From Marispirochaeta sp. (lineage in GTDB: Bacteria; Spirochaetota; Spirochaetia; JC444; Marispirochaetaceae): a stretch of DNA of 64,000 nucleotides. Under the pieces are notes generated by a model. It ran no database searches. It saw only the letters and a program-made list of their open reading frames with translations, and had not been told where the DNA came from. Positions 48,819-58,368 of the stretch are shown here, in pieces (position 1 is the first letter of the stretch; the number at the start of each line of letters is the position of its first letter). The position numbers were made by a program, and so were the translations under genes. The stretch covers positions 640,001 to 704,000 of the forward strand of contig CAXXFF010000002.1 of assembly GCA_963676835.2 (NCBI GenBank). Reading direction: 5' to 3'.

Positions 48819-49493
48819 CTACCTTAACATATATCCCCCGGAACGGCCGGTTAGTATTATGGTCTTTACATCCTCCGGCAGTACGCGTCTCATCTTTCGT
48901 CGTAAATTGACTATATGCATATCAATTCCCCGTGATGCGGGCCGAATTTCACCCCAGAGAAGCCTGGAGAGTATATCCCTGCGTACCTGGCTGCCCCGGT
49001 ATCTTGCAAGTATGCGGAAGATGGATACAAGGGCAGGGGAAAGTGCGGTTGTTCCTGAAGGGCCTGTAAGGGTTGCTCCTTTAAGGATTACTGTGCCCCA
49101 GGGATAATCCACGGCCGTGCCGTCTATCAGGCGTTCCGCCCGGGCTATCAGTTCCTGTTCATCCCAGGGTTCCTTGAGGTAATCACTGCATCCGGCCATG
49201 AAGCTGCGATACAGGCTGTGCCCCGGACCATATACCAGTACAGGTTTGTAGTTGAATATTTTTGGTGTGTGCAGCCATAAGAGCTGTCTGACCGGTATGA
49301 GATAGAGGGTTATATCATTATCCTGCAGGGGATAATCACTGAACAGAAAGCCGATATTCGCCTGTTCCTGATCGAGCAGACGGAGCCGGTAGCGCAGATC
49401 ACCTTCGGCTGGTGCAAAGTTGAGGAGCAGTTGACTGCGGTCTTTACCTTCAGTCCGGAGATTGTTCCTTGTTCCCTGGAGCTTCGATTTCAT
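48819..49493 (-). CDS. OmpR/PhoB-type winged-helix regulator with degenerate receiver domain
   Basis: GCSDYLKEPW..ELIAR, SRGIDMHIVNLRRK, GYML; start uncertain. Confidence 0.8.
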   Translation of the reverse strand: MKSKLQGTRNNLRTEGKDRSQLLLNFAPAEGDLRYRLRLLDQEQANIGFLFSDYPLQDNDITLYLIPVRQLLWLHTPKIFNYKPVLVYGPGHSLYRSFMAGCSDYLKEPWDEQELIARAERLIDGTAVDYPWGTVILKGATLTGPSGTTALSPALVSIFRILARYRGSQVRRDILSRLLWGEIRPASRGIDMHIVNLRRKMRRVLPEDVKTIILTGRSGGYMLR

Positions 49494-50181
49494 TCTGTAT
49501 CTTCTTTTTTAAATCTTCCAGAAGCTTATCAGCGCCCTGGCTGTCGGAATCAGCTTCCAGTGCCCGGTATTCTTCCTCAAGAGGATCAACTCCGGTATTC
49601 ATGGCGCTTACTTCTTCCAGGGCTTCTGTTTCTGCTTCCAGTTGTTCTACTTTAGAGGCCATATCATCGAAGGCCTTAAATGCAGAGGTATTTTCCATTG
49701 AACTCAGGTGTTTCTGAATATCCTGCTGGGCCTTTGCCCGCTTTGCCCGTGCAATAAGCAGGCTTTTTTTGCGGATGGATTCCTCCATCTTGTCTTGCAG
49801 CTGTTTCAGGGCCTGTTTGAGCTTCTCCACTGCGGCATGCTGGGAATCAACCTGCTGTTTGAACTGCTCCGCTGTGTTCAGAAGATCCTGCTTTCTTAAC
49901 AGTGCCTCTTTGGCTGAGTCGTCCTTGCCGGCTTTAACAAAAGCGATGGCTTTTTCTTCCCATTCCGCAGCAAGATCAAGATGCTGTCTCATCTGCCGCT
50001 CCAGCCTTTTTTCATCGGCCAGGGCGGAGGCTACGCTCTTTTTTGATTCAATGAGCTGGGTATTCATTTCAGTAATAGCCTGATTTAACATCCGCTCGGG
50101 ATCTTCGGCCTTACTGAGCATGGCATTTACGTTTGATTTGAAAATCCGCCTGAAGCGGTCAAAGAACCCCATCGTGTTCAT
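49450..50181 (-). CDS. pspA: Phage shock protein A / IM30 family
   Basis: MGFFDRFRRIFKSNVNAMLSKAEDPERML, long coiled coil. Confidence 0.93.
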   Translation of the reverse strand: MNTMGFFDRFRRIFKSNVNAMLSKAEDPERMLNQAITEMNTQLIESKKSVASALADEKRLERQMRQHLDLAAEWEEKAIAFVKAGKDDSAKEALLRKQDLLNTAEQFKQQVDSQHAAVEKLKQALKQLQDKMEESIRKKSLLIARAKRAKAQQDIQKHLSSMENTSAFKAFDDMASKVEQLEAETEALEEVSAMNTGVDPLEEEYRALEADSDSQGADKLLEDLKKKIQNEIEAPGNKEQSPD

Positions 50182-50253
50182 TCCTCCTGGAGGTAAGCAT
50201 GGGACTGGCGGAGACTGTACAGAAACAGGTTATCTGTTTTCTTTCCCCTTTTT

Positions 50254-50297
50254 TCCTCGAAGTGCCCTCGGAGTTTCCTCTGAGTTCCCTCGGAGGG
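50254..50297. repeat. Four tandem 11-bp repeats upstream of pspA
   Basis: TCCTCGAAGTG CCCTCGGAGTT TCCTCTGAGTT CCCTCGGAGGG. Confidence 0.85.
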
Positions 50298-50309
50298 GAA
50301 AGTAGTTCA

Positions 50310-50861
50310 TCAGCCCAGGAAGACCTGACCGGAGTTGTCTATAGCCAGTATTGTTTTACATTCTGAACATCGAAAGCGGCCGGATTTGGTTGCTTTCAGT
50401 CGTTTACTGCATATGGGACACTGAAAAATCTTCGGGAACACTTCAGCGGCGCCGGTTTTTCCATCGGAACCGAAAAACTCAACGGCTTCCGTGAGGTTAT
50501 CCTTAATGTTGAAGAACTGGGAAAACCCGAGAAGCTGGAATACTTCGTATACCTTGGGCTGGATTTCAAGAAGTACAAGATCTCCGCCCCGGGGGCGTAC
50601 TGCTTTCAGGAATGCGGTGAATGATCCGATTCCGGTACTCGATACATAGTTGAGCCCGCCGCAGTTAAAAATCAGCTTGGTATATCCGCTTTCAACAGCT
50701 CTGGTTACCCTTTTCTGGAAAAAGTTTGAGTTATAGGTATCGATATATCCGGTCAGATAAAGAACCAGACATCCTTCTACTGTATCAACCTTTTGAAGCC
50801 GGATTTTGAGGCTGTCATCCTTTTCGTCGTCAAATCCTGCAACTATATCGTTATTGCTCAT
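50310..50861 (-). CDS. STAS anti-sigma-factor antagonist with C-terminal Zn ribbon
   Basis: GYIDTYN, YVSSTGIG, VFQLLGF; CPIC..CSEC. Confidence 0.9.
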   Translation of the reverse strand: MSNNDIVAGFDDEKDDSLKIRLQKVDTVEGCLVLYLTGYIDTYNSNFFQKRVTRAVESGYTKLIFNCGGLNYVSSTGIGSFTAFLKAVRPRGGDLVLLEIQPKVYEVFQLLGFSQFFNIKDNLTEAVEFFGSDGKTGAAEVFPKIFQCPICSKRLKATKSGRFRCSECKTILAIDNSGQVFLG

Positions 50862-51092
50862 GTGTCCTCTTCAAAGTCAGAAATGAGTTACCGCTATCTT
50901 ATCCCTAATAGTATAGGGGTCTCCAATCTTTGTCAAATTATTATCACATAAACGGGATAATAACAAAGATAGAAGCCAAGTTTCGGTTCTTTCCTCTCTT
51001 CCTATCATCGGCGTGGCCATGTATACACTTAACTACTTACTTGACCGTAAATAACAGAGTGCGTAAGATTGTATTGCAAGGGGGAATAAAGT

Positions 51093-51569
51093 ATGAAACG
51101 CTGTATCTCTTTGGTGGTAATGCTGCTGGTTCTAACCATTAATGCCGCCGCCCAGGACTCTTTCGAAGAGCTGAAGAGTATCCTGAATCTGGATGCAACC
51201 CTCAAGGCCTCCAATACCGATGCCGCTCTGCTTGATTCCCTGATTGAAAACCGGTCCCTTGTTCTCTTTTCCGGTACCGTTGCCTCCAGAACCGTTATTA
51301 ATGGTGATGAAGCTGATTTTCTCGGTGAGCTTGAACTGATCGATGGAGAATGGCAGGGTACCGAGGCTGTAACCATGTTTAAAAGTATTCTGCTCCTTGA
51401 AGGGCCCGATTACTTTAATGCCATACCCCAGAGGCGGTCCCGAAGGACTGATCCCCGGGAGATTACCACTAACACACGCTTTATGGTGATCGGTGAAGTT
51501 GCAGCCAAACGGGAGACCCCGGAAGGGGTGTTTCCTGTTATAAAGGTTCACTTTCTCCGGGAACTGTAA
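51093..51569 (+). CDS. Hypothetical exported protein
   Basis: Signal peptide MKRCISLVVMLLVLTINAAA, GGGGG SD-like. Confidence 0.7.
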   Translation: MKRCISLVVMLLVLTINAAAQDSFEELKSILNLDATLKASNTDAALLDSLIENRSLVLFSGTVASRTVINGDEADFLGELELIDGEWQGTEAVTMFKSILLLEGPDYFNAIPQRRSRRTDPREITTNTRFMVIGEVAAKRETPEGVFPVIKVHFLREL

Positions 51570-51609
51570 ATTTTTCAGGACCTGGCCTCTCTTTTAACCT
51601 TAAATCAGC

Positions 51610-52698
51610 CTAAAAAACTATATCCTCACTATGGATACAGTCTCCTTCTGCATGGATGGCTGCTCTGGTGAGTACCGCCGCAAGTTCCCGAATATTTCCC
51701 GGCCAGGGATGATCCATGAGCAGATCAACGGCCCGGTGTTCGATGCCGATTTCTTTGTCTTTAAGGAAGAATTCAATTAACAGAGGAATATCACTTTTTC
51801 TTTCCCGCAGAGGAGGTATGGTGAGGCGGAGGATATTAATCCGGTAATACAGGTCTTCCCGGAAGGTTCCGGCTCCAACCATCTGTTCAATATCTCTGTT
51901 GGTTGCCGCAATAAAGCGGGTGTCCGAGTAAACCGGTTCCCCTGCGTTTCCCAGAGGGAAAAACCTCTTCTCCTCTATAACTTTCAGGAGCTTTACCTGA
52001 CTTTCCGGCGGCAGCTCGCCTATCTCATCCAGAAAGAAGGTTCCTCCGTCGCTGAGTTCGATTGCTCCCTTACGGTTAACAGCGCCGGTGTATGATCCGG
52101 CCCGGGTTCCGAAGAGTTCCGATTCTATAAGCGCCGGGGGAAATGTTCCGCAATTGCCGGGAACAAACTTACCCTTATTCCGGAGGGATAAACGGTGAAT
52201 AATCTCTGCCACCAGCCCTTTGCCGGTACCGCTTTCTCCATTGATCAGCACCGGGTGTTCGTCGGGTGCATATTTGAGAATTTTTCTGCGCAGCTCAAGC
52301 ATGAGGGGATGTTTGCCTATGAGGGAGGCAAATTCCGGATGATTACAGTCATCAGGATCCGCCTGTTTAAAGCAGAAAATCCGGCTGAGCAGTTTTTCCA
52401 GTTCCCCGGGAGATACCGGCTTTTTCAGCCAGTCACAGGCTCCATGGCGTATGGCGTCGATTATGTCTCTCACCTTCTCCGGCGGTGCCAGAGCAAGGAC
52501 GGGCCGGGAAAAACTACGGCGCCTCAAAGTCTTTATGATACTTTTCCAGTTGCTGTGTTCTATATCGACAATTGAAAGGCTGCAGTTGTGGGAACAGTCT
52601 TCGTCCGAAGCACGAAAAAGAGTGCTGAACTTTGGCAGACAGGCTTCGAGAAGATCGCTGTGACCGGGGTCTGTACTATATATAATTACTTTTAACAT
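51610..52698 (-). CDS. Sigma54-interaction-domain (NtrC-like AAA+) protein with N-terminal receiver-like domain, no obvious HTH
   Basis: GESGTGK, ESELFG..GSYTGA, FLDEIGEL, FREDLYYR, WPGNIREL. Confidence 0.9.
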   Translation of the reverse strand: MLKVIIYSTDPGHSDLLEACLPKFSTLFRASDEDCSHNCSLSIVDIEHSNWKSIIKTLRRRSFSRPVLALAPPEKVRDIIDAIRHGACDWLKKPVSPGELEKLLSRIFCFKQADPDDCNHPEFASLIGKHPLMLELRRKILKYAPDEHPVLINGESGTGKGLVAEIIHRLSLRNKGKFVPGNCGTFPPALIESELFGTRAGSYTGAVNRKGAIELSDGGTFFLDEIGELPPESQVKLLKVIEEKRFFPLGNAGEPVYSDTRFIAATNRDIEQMVGAGTFREDLYYRINILRLTIPPLRERKSDIPLLIEFFLKDKEIGIEHRAVDLLMDHPWPGNIRELAAVLTRAAIHAEGDCIHSEDIVF

Positions 52699-52813
52699 AA
52701 CTTTTTAATTGGCTACATAGTACATTGCTCCTCCGGTTTTGACAAGCTGTTGCCTGCCTCCTGCTTTTACGCCATTGACAGATGGCCTCAGGGTAAGGAG
52801 AATACTGCTTACT

Positions 52814-53257
52814 ATGATTCAGGAACGTCCCCTTCTTCCGCTGTTTGACTATGGTTTTCTTAAAAGACTCTTTCTGCTTGTACTGCTGGCGGGTCTGCTG
52901 TTTATTGCCGAAATTGTGGTATTTGCCTGGTCTTTTAAGAATTTCTCCTTTGAACGGGTCCTCGCCATGACTGCAGCTACCGGATTTCTGGGCTTTTTCT
53001 GGGTTGTGACGGGAGTAAAGCGGCTTTTAAAGAAAATCCTTATCCAGATACATGAAGGGTTTTTTCCCGAGCCTCTGATTGTTCGTCTTCTGGGTATACT
53101 TTTTGGTGGCCTTATGGTTATGCTCCCGGGATTTCTGACTGATTCCCTGGGGCTGCTGATACTTCTCACTTTTTTCAAGCGCCTGGCCGGCAGGATCCTT
53201 CTGCGGGTCTATTCTGACCGGATTAAAGGCGCGTATGAATATCTTAAGCTTTCCTGA
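52814..53257 (+). CDS. fxsA: FxsA-family membrane protein
   Basis: IAEI, GGLMVMLPGFLTDSLGLLIL. Confidence 0.75.
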   Translation: MIQERPLLPLFDYGFLKRLFLLVLLAGLLFIAEIVVFAWSFKNFSFERVLAMTAATGFLGFFWVVTGVKRLLKKILIQIHEGFFPEPLIVRLLGILFGGLMVMLPGFLTDSLGLLILLTFFKRLAGRILLRVYSDRIKGAYEYLKLS

Positions 53258-53996
53258 TACGGGCGATTAACAGCCTGAACCCGAAAAAGAAATAGATAAT
53301 ACCCCGTAAAAGACGCCAGGGCTTTTTGAGCAGCGTCGGGATGACGTAGCTTCCGCGTTCCCATGATTTTCGGGACGGTTTTCTCCGTTTGCCGGCAAAT
53401 ACTTCAAAGCAGTCGCCGCCGTAGAGACTGATTCCGCTGGAGAGGCTTTTCTGTTTTTCCAGGAGCCATTTATCTCCGCTTTTGATTCCCTTTCCGGTTA
53501 ACAGCAGGGATGGAGTTGCCTTGCGGATGGCAAGCATAATATTTTCCTCTGCGGGGCGTTTGTAGTAGCCCGCACAGCGTCCTACAATATTCAGCCCGGG
53601 AAAGGATGTCCTCAGGTTTGATGCGGAGGTCTGAATTACCTGATGAGAGCCTCCCAGAATGTAGATCGACTTACGGTAGTGTTCCAGCCAGCCGAGAAGC
53701 TTGATAATAAACTCGTAGGGCATGTAGGTTGCGGGTACGGGACGGTGAAGAAAACGGCAGATTTTGGCGACCCCCGGAGTTACCGGAATTACCAGACTGG
53801 CATTCATCAGTACCCGGCGGTATTCCTGATTCCGCAGACCCCGCATAAGGTCCCAGGTGGAAACCAGCACTATCTGATGCTTTTCTCCGTCTTCCAGCAT
53901 TCCCCGGACAGCTTCATCCAGCCCCTCTTCCGGCATGTGATGAACAGGTACCGAAAGAAAGTCTATGTGTTTTGCCCCGGCTACTTTACTTTCCAT
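53244..53996 (-). CDS. WecB/TagA/CpsF-family glycosyltransferase
   Basis: IYILGG, FPGLNIVGRCAGYY, GGDCFEVFAG. Confidence 0.85.
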   Translation of the reverse strand: MESKVAGAKHIDFLSVPVHHMPEEGLDEAVRGMLEDGEKHQIVLVSTWDLMRGLRNQEYRRVLMNASLVIPVTPGVAKICRFLHRPVPATYMPYEFIIKLLGWLEHYRKSIYILGGSHQVIQTSASNLRTSFPGLNIVGRCAGYYKRPAEENIMLAIRKATPSLLLTGKGIKSGDKWLLEKQKSLSSGISLYGGDCFEVFAGKRRKPSRKSWERGSYVIPTLLKKPWRLLRGIIYFFFGFRLLIARIRKA

Positions 53997-54736
53997 GCTG
54001 CAGACTCCCGCATAATGGTTTGAACCGCAGCAACAGCGTAGAGTGCCGCGGTTTCAGCCCGGAGAACGCTTTCTCCGAGGTACAGCGAATCATAATGGAA
54101 GGAGTCGAAAAGTTCCAGCTCTTCCGGCGAAAACCCGCCTTCCGGCCCGATAAGAACGGCAGCTCTGCCCTGTGACCCTGCCAGCAGGCTGTGCAGACTG
54201 GTATCTGATCTGGGTGTCTCATGGCATACCAGTACGCGGTCATAGTCTGTCAGGGCGTCTTTCAACCCGGCAGCTTCCATGGGAGGATGAATTATCGGTG
54301 CTGAGGGTGTTCCGCTCTGCTGTTGAGCTTCCCTGGCCACCCGGGTCCACCGTTCCAGCTTACGGCTGAAATCCTTTTCATCCAGGCGTATGTCGGAATT
54401 CCGGCTCAGCAGGGGGAAAATCTCTTTAACACCGCACTCAGTACACTGCCGGATAACCTGATCTAGCTTTCTGCCTTTGGGAATCCCCATCACCAGACTG
54501 ACCTCTTCGGCTCTTTCATGACTGCCGTCGCTCTTTTGGGGAAAGATGGAAAGAATAGTAGTATCTGTACTGATGGAGTCCACCCGGCAGAGGAATCTTC
54601 TCCCCTCCGGGTCGACAGCGGGAAACTCATCTCCTGCAGAGAGACGAAGCACACGGCTCAGGTAGCGGTGGTTCTTGCCCTGGAGTTCAAGGAGTTCTTC
54701 ACCATTGGACCCCCCGGGAAGGACAAACTGGCGCAT
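53981..54736 (-). CDS. rsmE: 16S rRNA m3U1498 methyltransferase
   Basis: RVLRL, TECGV, IGPEGGFS, LGESVLRAETA. Confidence 0.96.
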   Translation of the reverse strand: MRQFVLPGGSNGEELLELQGKNHRYLSRVLRLSAGDEFPAVDPEGRRFLCRVDSISTDTTILSIFPQKSDGSHERAEEVSLVMGIPKGRKLDQVIRQCTECGVKEIFPLLSRNSDIRLDEKDFSRKLERWTRVAREAQQQSGTPSAPIIHPPMEAAGLKDALTDYDRVLVCHETPRSDTSLHSLLAGSQGRAAVLIGPEGGFSPEELELFDSFHYDSLYLGESVLRAETAALYAVAAVQTIMRESAAWKVK

Positions 54737-55143
54737 CAGGTGCTCTGGCTGATCATCTGCACATGTACCGAGCGCTGCCGGGGGCCGTCAAACTCGGTCA
54801 GGTAGATCCCCTGCCAGGTGCCCAGGGTGAGTCTGCCTTCATGTACCGGAATGGTAACACTGGGCCCCATCAGGCTTGTTTTGATATGGGCAGCTGAATT
54901 TCCCTCACCATGGGCATATCCATCGTTGAAGGGAACGATTTTGTTCAGTTCCATCAGCATGTCCCGCTCCACGTCGGGATCTGCCGCCTCATTAATGGTT
55001 ACCCCGCAGGTTGTGTGGGGAATGTAGACAGTGCATATTCCCTCGACAACTTCAGCTTCCGCCACCACCCGCTTAATGCGGCTGGTGATATTCATGAAGC
55101 AGGTTCTGCTGTCGGTGGCAATTTTAAAGCTTCTGAAGGGCAT
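54736..55143 (-). CDS. yjbQ: YjbQ/UPF0047 family protein
   Basis: PHTTCGVTINE, HGEGNSAAHIK, LGTWQGIYLTEFDGPR. Confidence 0.95.
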   Translation of the reverse strand: MPFRSFKIATDSRTCFMNITSRIKRVVAEAEVVEGICTVYIPHTTCGVTINEAADPDVERDMLMELNKIVPFNDGYAHGEGNSAAHIKTSLMGPSVTIPVHEGRLTLGTWQGIYLTEFDGPRQRSVHVQMISQST

Positions 55144-56573
55144 CAGTTAATCTCTCCGGTTTCAAGCATATCCACCGCTTTGTTCAGGACCTTGTCAAAT
55201 TCAAGATCGTACACAGGGGGGAAATCCATGCGGCGGTTATACTCACTCCGGATAAGGAAGCGGATATCCCGGTCCTTGAGATTGATCCCGCGGTTTTTCA
55301 GGTCTGTGATAAAGCTGTTTACCTTTGCAGCTGTTTCGGTGCTGTTTTCATTGACAAAATTGACAATCAGGTTCTCTTCAAAGACCTTCTGCAGTGATTC
55401 CTGCTCCGCTTCGCTCAGCTCATCAGGCTTGATAACCAGATCCGGCTCAACACCAACCTGGTCCACACTGACTCCTGAAGGGGTGTAGTAGCGGGCTATG
55501 GTTAACTTGAAGCCTGTCTCTCCGAACTCCCGTACCCACTGCACGGAGCCCTTTCCGTAGGTGGTCTCTCCGATCAGGTATCCCCTGCCGGTATCTTTCA
55601 TGGCTCCGGAGAATATCTCCGATGCGGAGGCTGATCCCTTGTCCACCAGTACGATCACCGGCATGGCCGCCGGCAGTTCAACCGAGGGATCTGCGGTGAA
55701 TACCCTGTTCTCATTGGGAATACGGGAGCGGGTGCTTACAATGGTGCCGGAAGAGAGAAACTGGTCCGCCACGGAAACCACGGAATCCAGCAGTCCCCCG
55801 GGATTCCCCCTAACGTCGACGATAAGCCCGGTAAAGTTGTTTTCCCTGAAATACTGAAAGGCTTCCCGGACCCGGTCGTCGGTGTAGGGGGTCCAGTCGA
55901 TAATTCGCAGATATCCGATAGTGCCTATCATATCTTTCTTCATGGTGGGGACTTCGATCACCGCACGGGTTATGGTTACGTTGAAATTGATAGAGCCTCC
56001 ACGGCGGATGGACACCTGAACCTGGGTTCCGGGAGTTCCCTTCAGGGTGTCCACTACCTCATCCAGGGTAAGCTCTTCGGTGGATTCTCCCTCGATGGCG
56101 GTAATATAGTCCCCCGCATGGATTCCGGCTTTATAGGCCGGAGCGCCTTCTATGGGGGAGACAACCTCGACAAACTGAGGCAAAGGCCTGCGCGGAGTCG
56201 GCTCCAGCTCCAGGGCGGGATCCGGTTTTGAGATTATAAGTCCTACACCGCCGAAACGGCCGGTGGTGGTATTCTTTAAAAGAGTCATGTCATTTTTACT
56301 CAGATATACCGAATAGGGGTCTCCCAGACTTTCAAACAGCCCTTTTACTGCGCCCATATAAAGTTCTTCTGCGTTTTTCTCTTCTACATAGTTCTCCTGA
56401 ACGTATCTGAAGAGAAAATTGAACATATTCAGATATTCCTGGGTCTCTGCGGTATCAACCTCGGCACTGAGAATGGGGTTCCCCAGGGATATCATGGCAA
56501 TTACCGCGATAAGGACGGTGGAAAGGATAAGTGGCAGCGGTCTGGACTTCATGAAAAGACTCCTTTTGGGCAA
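55143..56573 (-). CDS. S41-family C-terminal processing protease (PDZ + peptidase)
   Basis: DPYSVY, FGGVG, DVRGNPGG, SASASE, YGKGSVQ; ATG 56552 is a likely alternative start. Confidence 0.95.
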   Translation of the reverse strand: MPKRSLFMKSRPLPLILSTVLIAVIAMISLGNPILSAEVDTAETQEYLNMFNFLFRYVQENYVEEKNAEELYMGAVKGLFESLGDPYSVYLSKNDMTLLKNTTTGRFGGVGLIISKPDPALELEPTPRRPLPQFVEVVSPIEGAPAYKAGIHAGDYITAIEGESTEELTLDEVVDTLKGTPGTQVQVSIRRGGSINFNVTITRAVIEVPTMKKDMIGTIGYLRIIDWTPYTDDRVREAFQYFRENNFTGLIVDVRGNPGGLLDSVVSVADQFLSSGTIVSTRSRIPNENRVFTADPSVELPAAMPVIVLVDKGSASASEIFSGAMKDTGRGYLIGETTYGKGSVQWVREFGETGFKLTIARYYTPSGVSVDQVGVEPDLVIKPDELSEAEQESLQKVFEENLIVNFVNENSTETAAKVNSFITDLKNRGINLKDRDIRFLIRSEYNRRMDFPPVYDLEFDKVLNKAVDMLETGEIN

Positions 56574-56725
56574 GACCTGTTACGGAATAGCTGGTTCCGA
56601 TTACATCTCTTTTTAACTTAATGTAACGTTATTTACCAATAAAATCATCTAGCTGACCTGGCACATTCAGAAGCTTCAGCTAATCTAACTTGACTGCACC
56701 CGGAGCAGTTCGTACAATCATGATC

Positions 56726-57199
56726 ATGATAAGAAATGCCCGGTGGCTTCTGATATTGTTTCTCTATGAAATTGTACGGCTTTTTCTGGTTTTTAACATA
56801 GCATCCGTTGTGTTTAACGGCGAAGGCTACCTGGATACGGGCATAATGATCTTTTTTACCGGAATACCGTCGCTGCTTTTTCCGGTGATGGCTCTGGCCT
56901 TCTATCAGAATCCGGAGAACCGGCCCCTGAAAACCCTGCTTGTTCTGGGAAAGGGGCTGATGTTTCTCTCCGGTCTGCCGGTGCTTCTTTTGGTCTCCTC
57001 CTTCGGTCTGATCCTGGCTCAGATTACCCCGGGTATTGTCTCTTTCCGTGTTCCTCCGGCGATTATTTCGTTTCAGGTAATGATATGCCTGGCAGATTTG
57101 ATTTTCCTGGTAGTTCTATTATTATTTAAACCGGCCCGGAAAGAGATTGTGTCCCCCGGTGTTCCGGCGCCCCCTGTAATTCGCATAGAGGAGGAGTAG
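56726..57199 (+). CDS. Hypothetical membrane protein
   Basis: Four hydrophobic segments; abuts next gene; preceded by TTGACT-N17-TACAAT. Confidence 0.65.
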   Translation: MIRNARWLLILFLYEIVRLFLVFNIASVVFNGEGYLDTGIMIFFTGIPSLLFPVMALAFYQNPENRPLKTLLVLGKGLMFLSGLPVLLLVSSFGLILAQITPGIVSFRVPPAIISFQVMICLADLIFLVVLLLFKPARKEIVSPGVPAPPVIRIEEE

Positions 57200-58339
57200 A
57201 TGCAGGTTTTACCTATTGCCAGTGGAAAGGGTGGAGTAGGCAAAACCCTGGTGGCTACCAATCTCTCTATTGCCCTGGCCCAGGCGGGAAAAAAGGTTAT
57301 TCTGGCCGATCTTGATCTTGGCGCTTCAAACATCCACCTGGTTCTCGGTATGGGCTCGGTTCAGAAGGGAATCGGCACCTTTCTTGAAAACAGCAAGCAG
57401 AAGATAGAAGATATTATCTGCGATTCGGGTTATAAGAATCTGAGGTTTATACCGGGAGATGCGGAAATTCCCGGCATGGCCAACCTCAAGGCAAGCCAGA
57501 AGCGGAAACTGTTCAATAACCTCACCTCTCTGGATGCGGACTATCTGGTTATGGACCTCGGAGCGGGGACTAACAATAATATACTTGATTTCTTTCTCTA
57601 TTCCGGCAGAGGTATTATTGTTACCGCGCCTACTCTTACAGCAACTCTTAATGCATATCTGTTTCTGAAGAATGCAATCTTCCGGATTATGAGCGATTCA
57701 TTCAAACGTACTTCCGGTGCCTGGAAGTATCTGGAAAGGCTGCGCCAGGATGGTCAGTCCCTTCAGAAGGTGTATGTTCCCAAGCTTCTGGAACGCATGA
57801 GTGATGAAGATCCTGAAGGTTTTGATGTATTTATACGCAAGATGAGCCATTTTCATCCGGGGATGGTTATGAATCTTCTGGATGACCCCAAAGAGGGCTT
57901 AAGAGCTCAGAAGATACGACGGTCGAGCAAGGAGTACCTCGGCATCGATCTGGATCACCTGGGGGTAATCTACCGGGACCATCTTCAGGATGTTGCCCTC
58001 AACTCAAGGCTGCCCATAGTCATTTATAAGCCCCAGTCCATTCTCTCCCAGGCTATTTACCGTATTGCGGATAAGATCATTCAGGCCGATGAAGATAATG
58101 AAGGGCCGCTGGACCTGCAGAATATTGATGATTCCTATCTGACTGCGGAGATGGAAGCTGAGATTGACTTCGATGCCAGGGTTTTTGAGATGGAAGGCAT
58201 GCTCAACTCCGGAGCCCTCTCCTACGGGGATCTGGTTGATACCATAAAAACCCAGCAGTATGAGATTTCCAGAATGCGCAAGGAAAATAATCTGCTTAAG
58301 CAGAAACTGGTCAAATATATGCAGGAAGCAGCAAAATAA
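57200..58339 (+). CDS. MinD/FlhG-family P-loop ATPase with C-terminal coiled coil
   Basis: ASGKGGVGKT, DLDLGASN, MDLGAG. Confidence 0.9.
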   Translation: MQVLPIASGKGGVGKTLVATNLSIALAQAGKKVILADLDLGASNIHLVLGMGSVQKGIGTFLENSKQKIEDIICDSGYKNLRFIPGDAEIPGMANLKASQKRKLFNNLTSLDADYLVMDLGAGTNNNILDFFLYSGRGIIVTAPTLTATLNAYLFLKNAIFRIMSDSFKRTSGAWKYLERLRQDGQSLQKVYVPKLLERMSDEDPEGFDVFIRKMSHFHPGMVMNLLDDPKEGLRAQKIRRSSKEYLGIDLDHLGVIYRDHLQDVALNSRLPIVIYKPQSILSQAIYRIADKIIQADEDNEGPLDLQNIDDSYLTAEMEAEIDFDARVFEMEGMLNSGALSYGDLVDTIKTQQYEISRMRKENNLLKQKLVKYMQEAAK

Positions 58340-58368
58340 AAGTTCCCCTCCGGGAGCATTAGGTACAT

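Noticed and set aside
56611..56639. dif-like site (TTTAACTTAA..TTATTTACC)
   Set aside because: Spacer between TAA and TTA is 7 bp rather than 6 and both arms are mismatched
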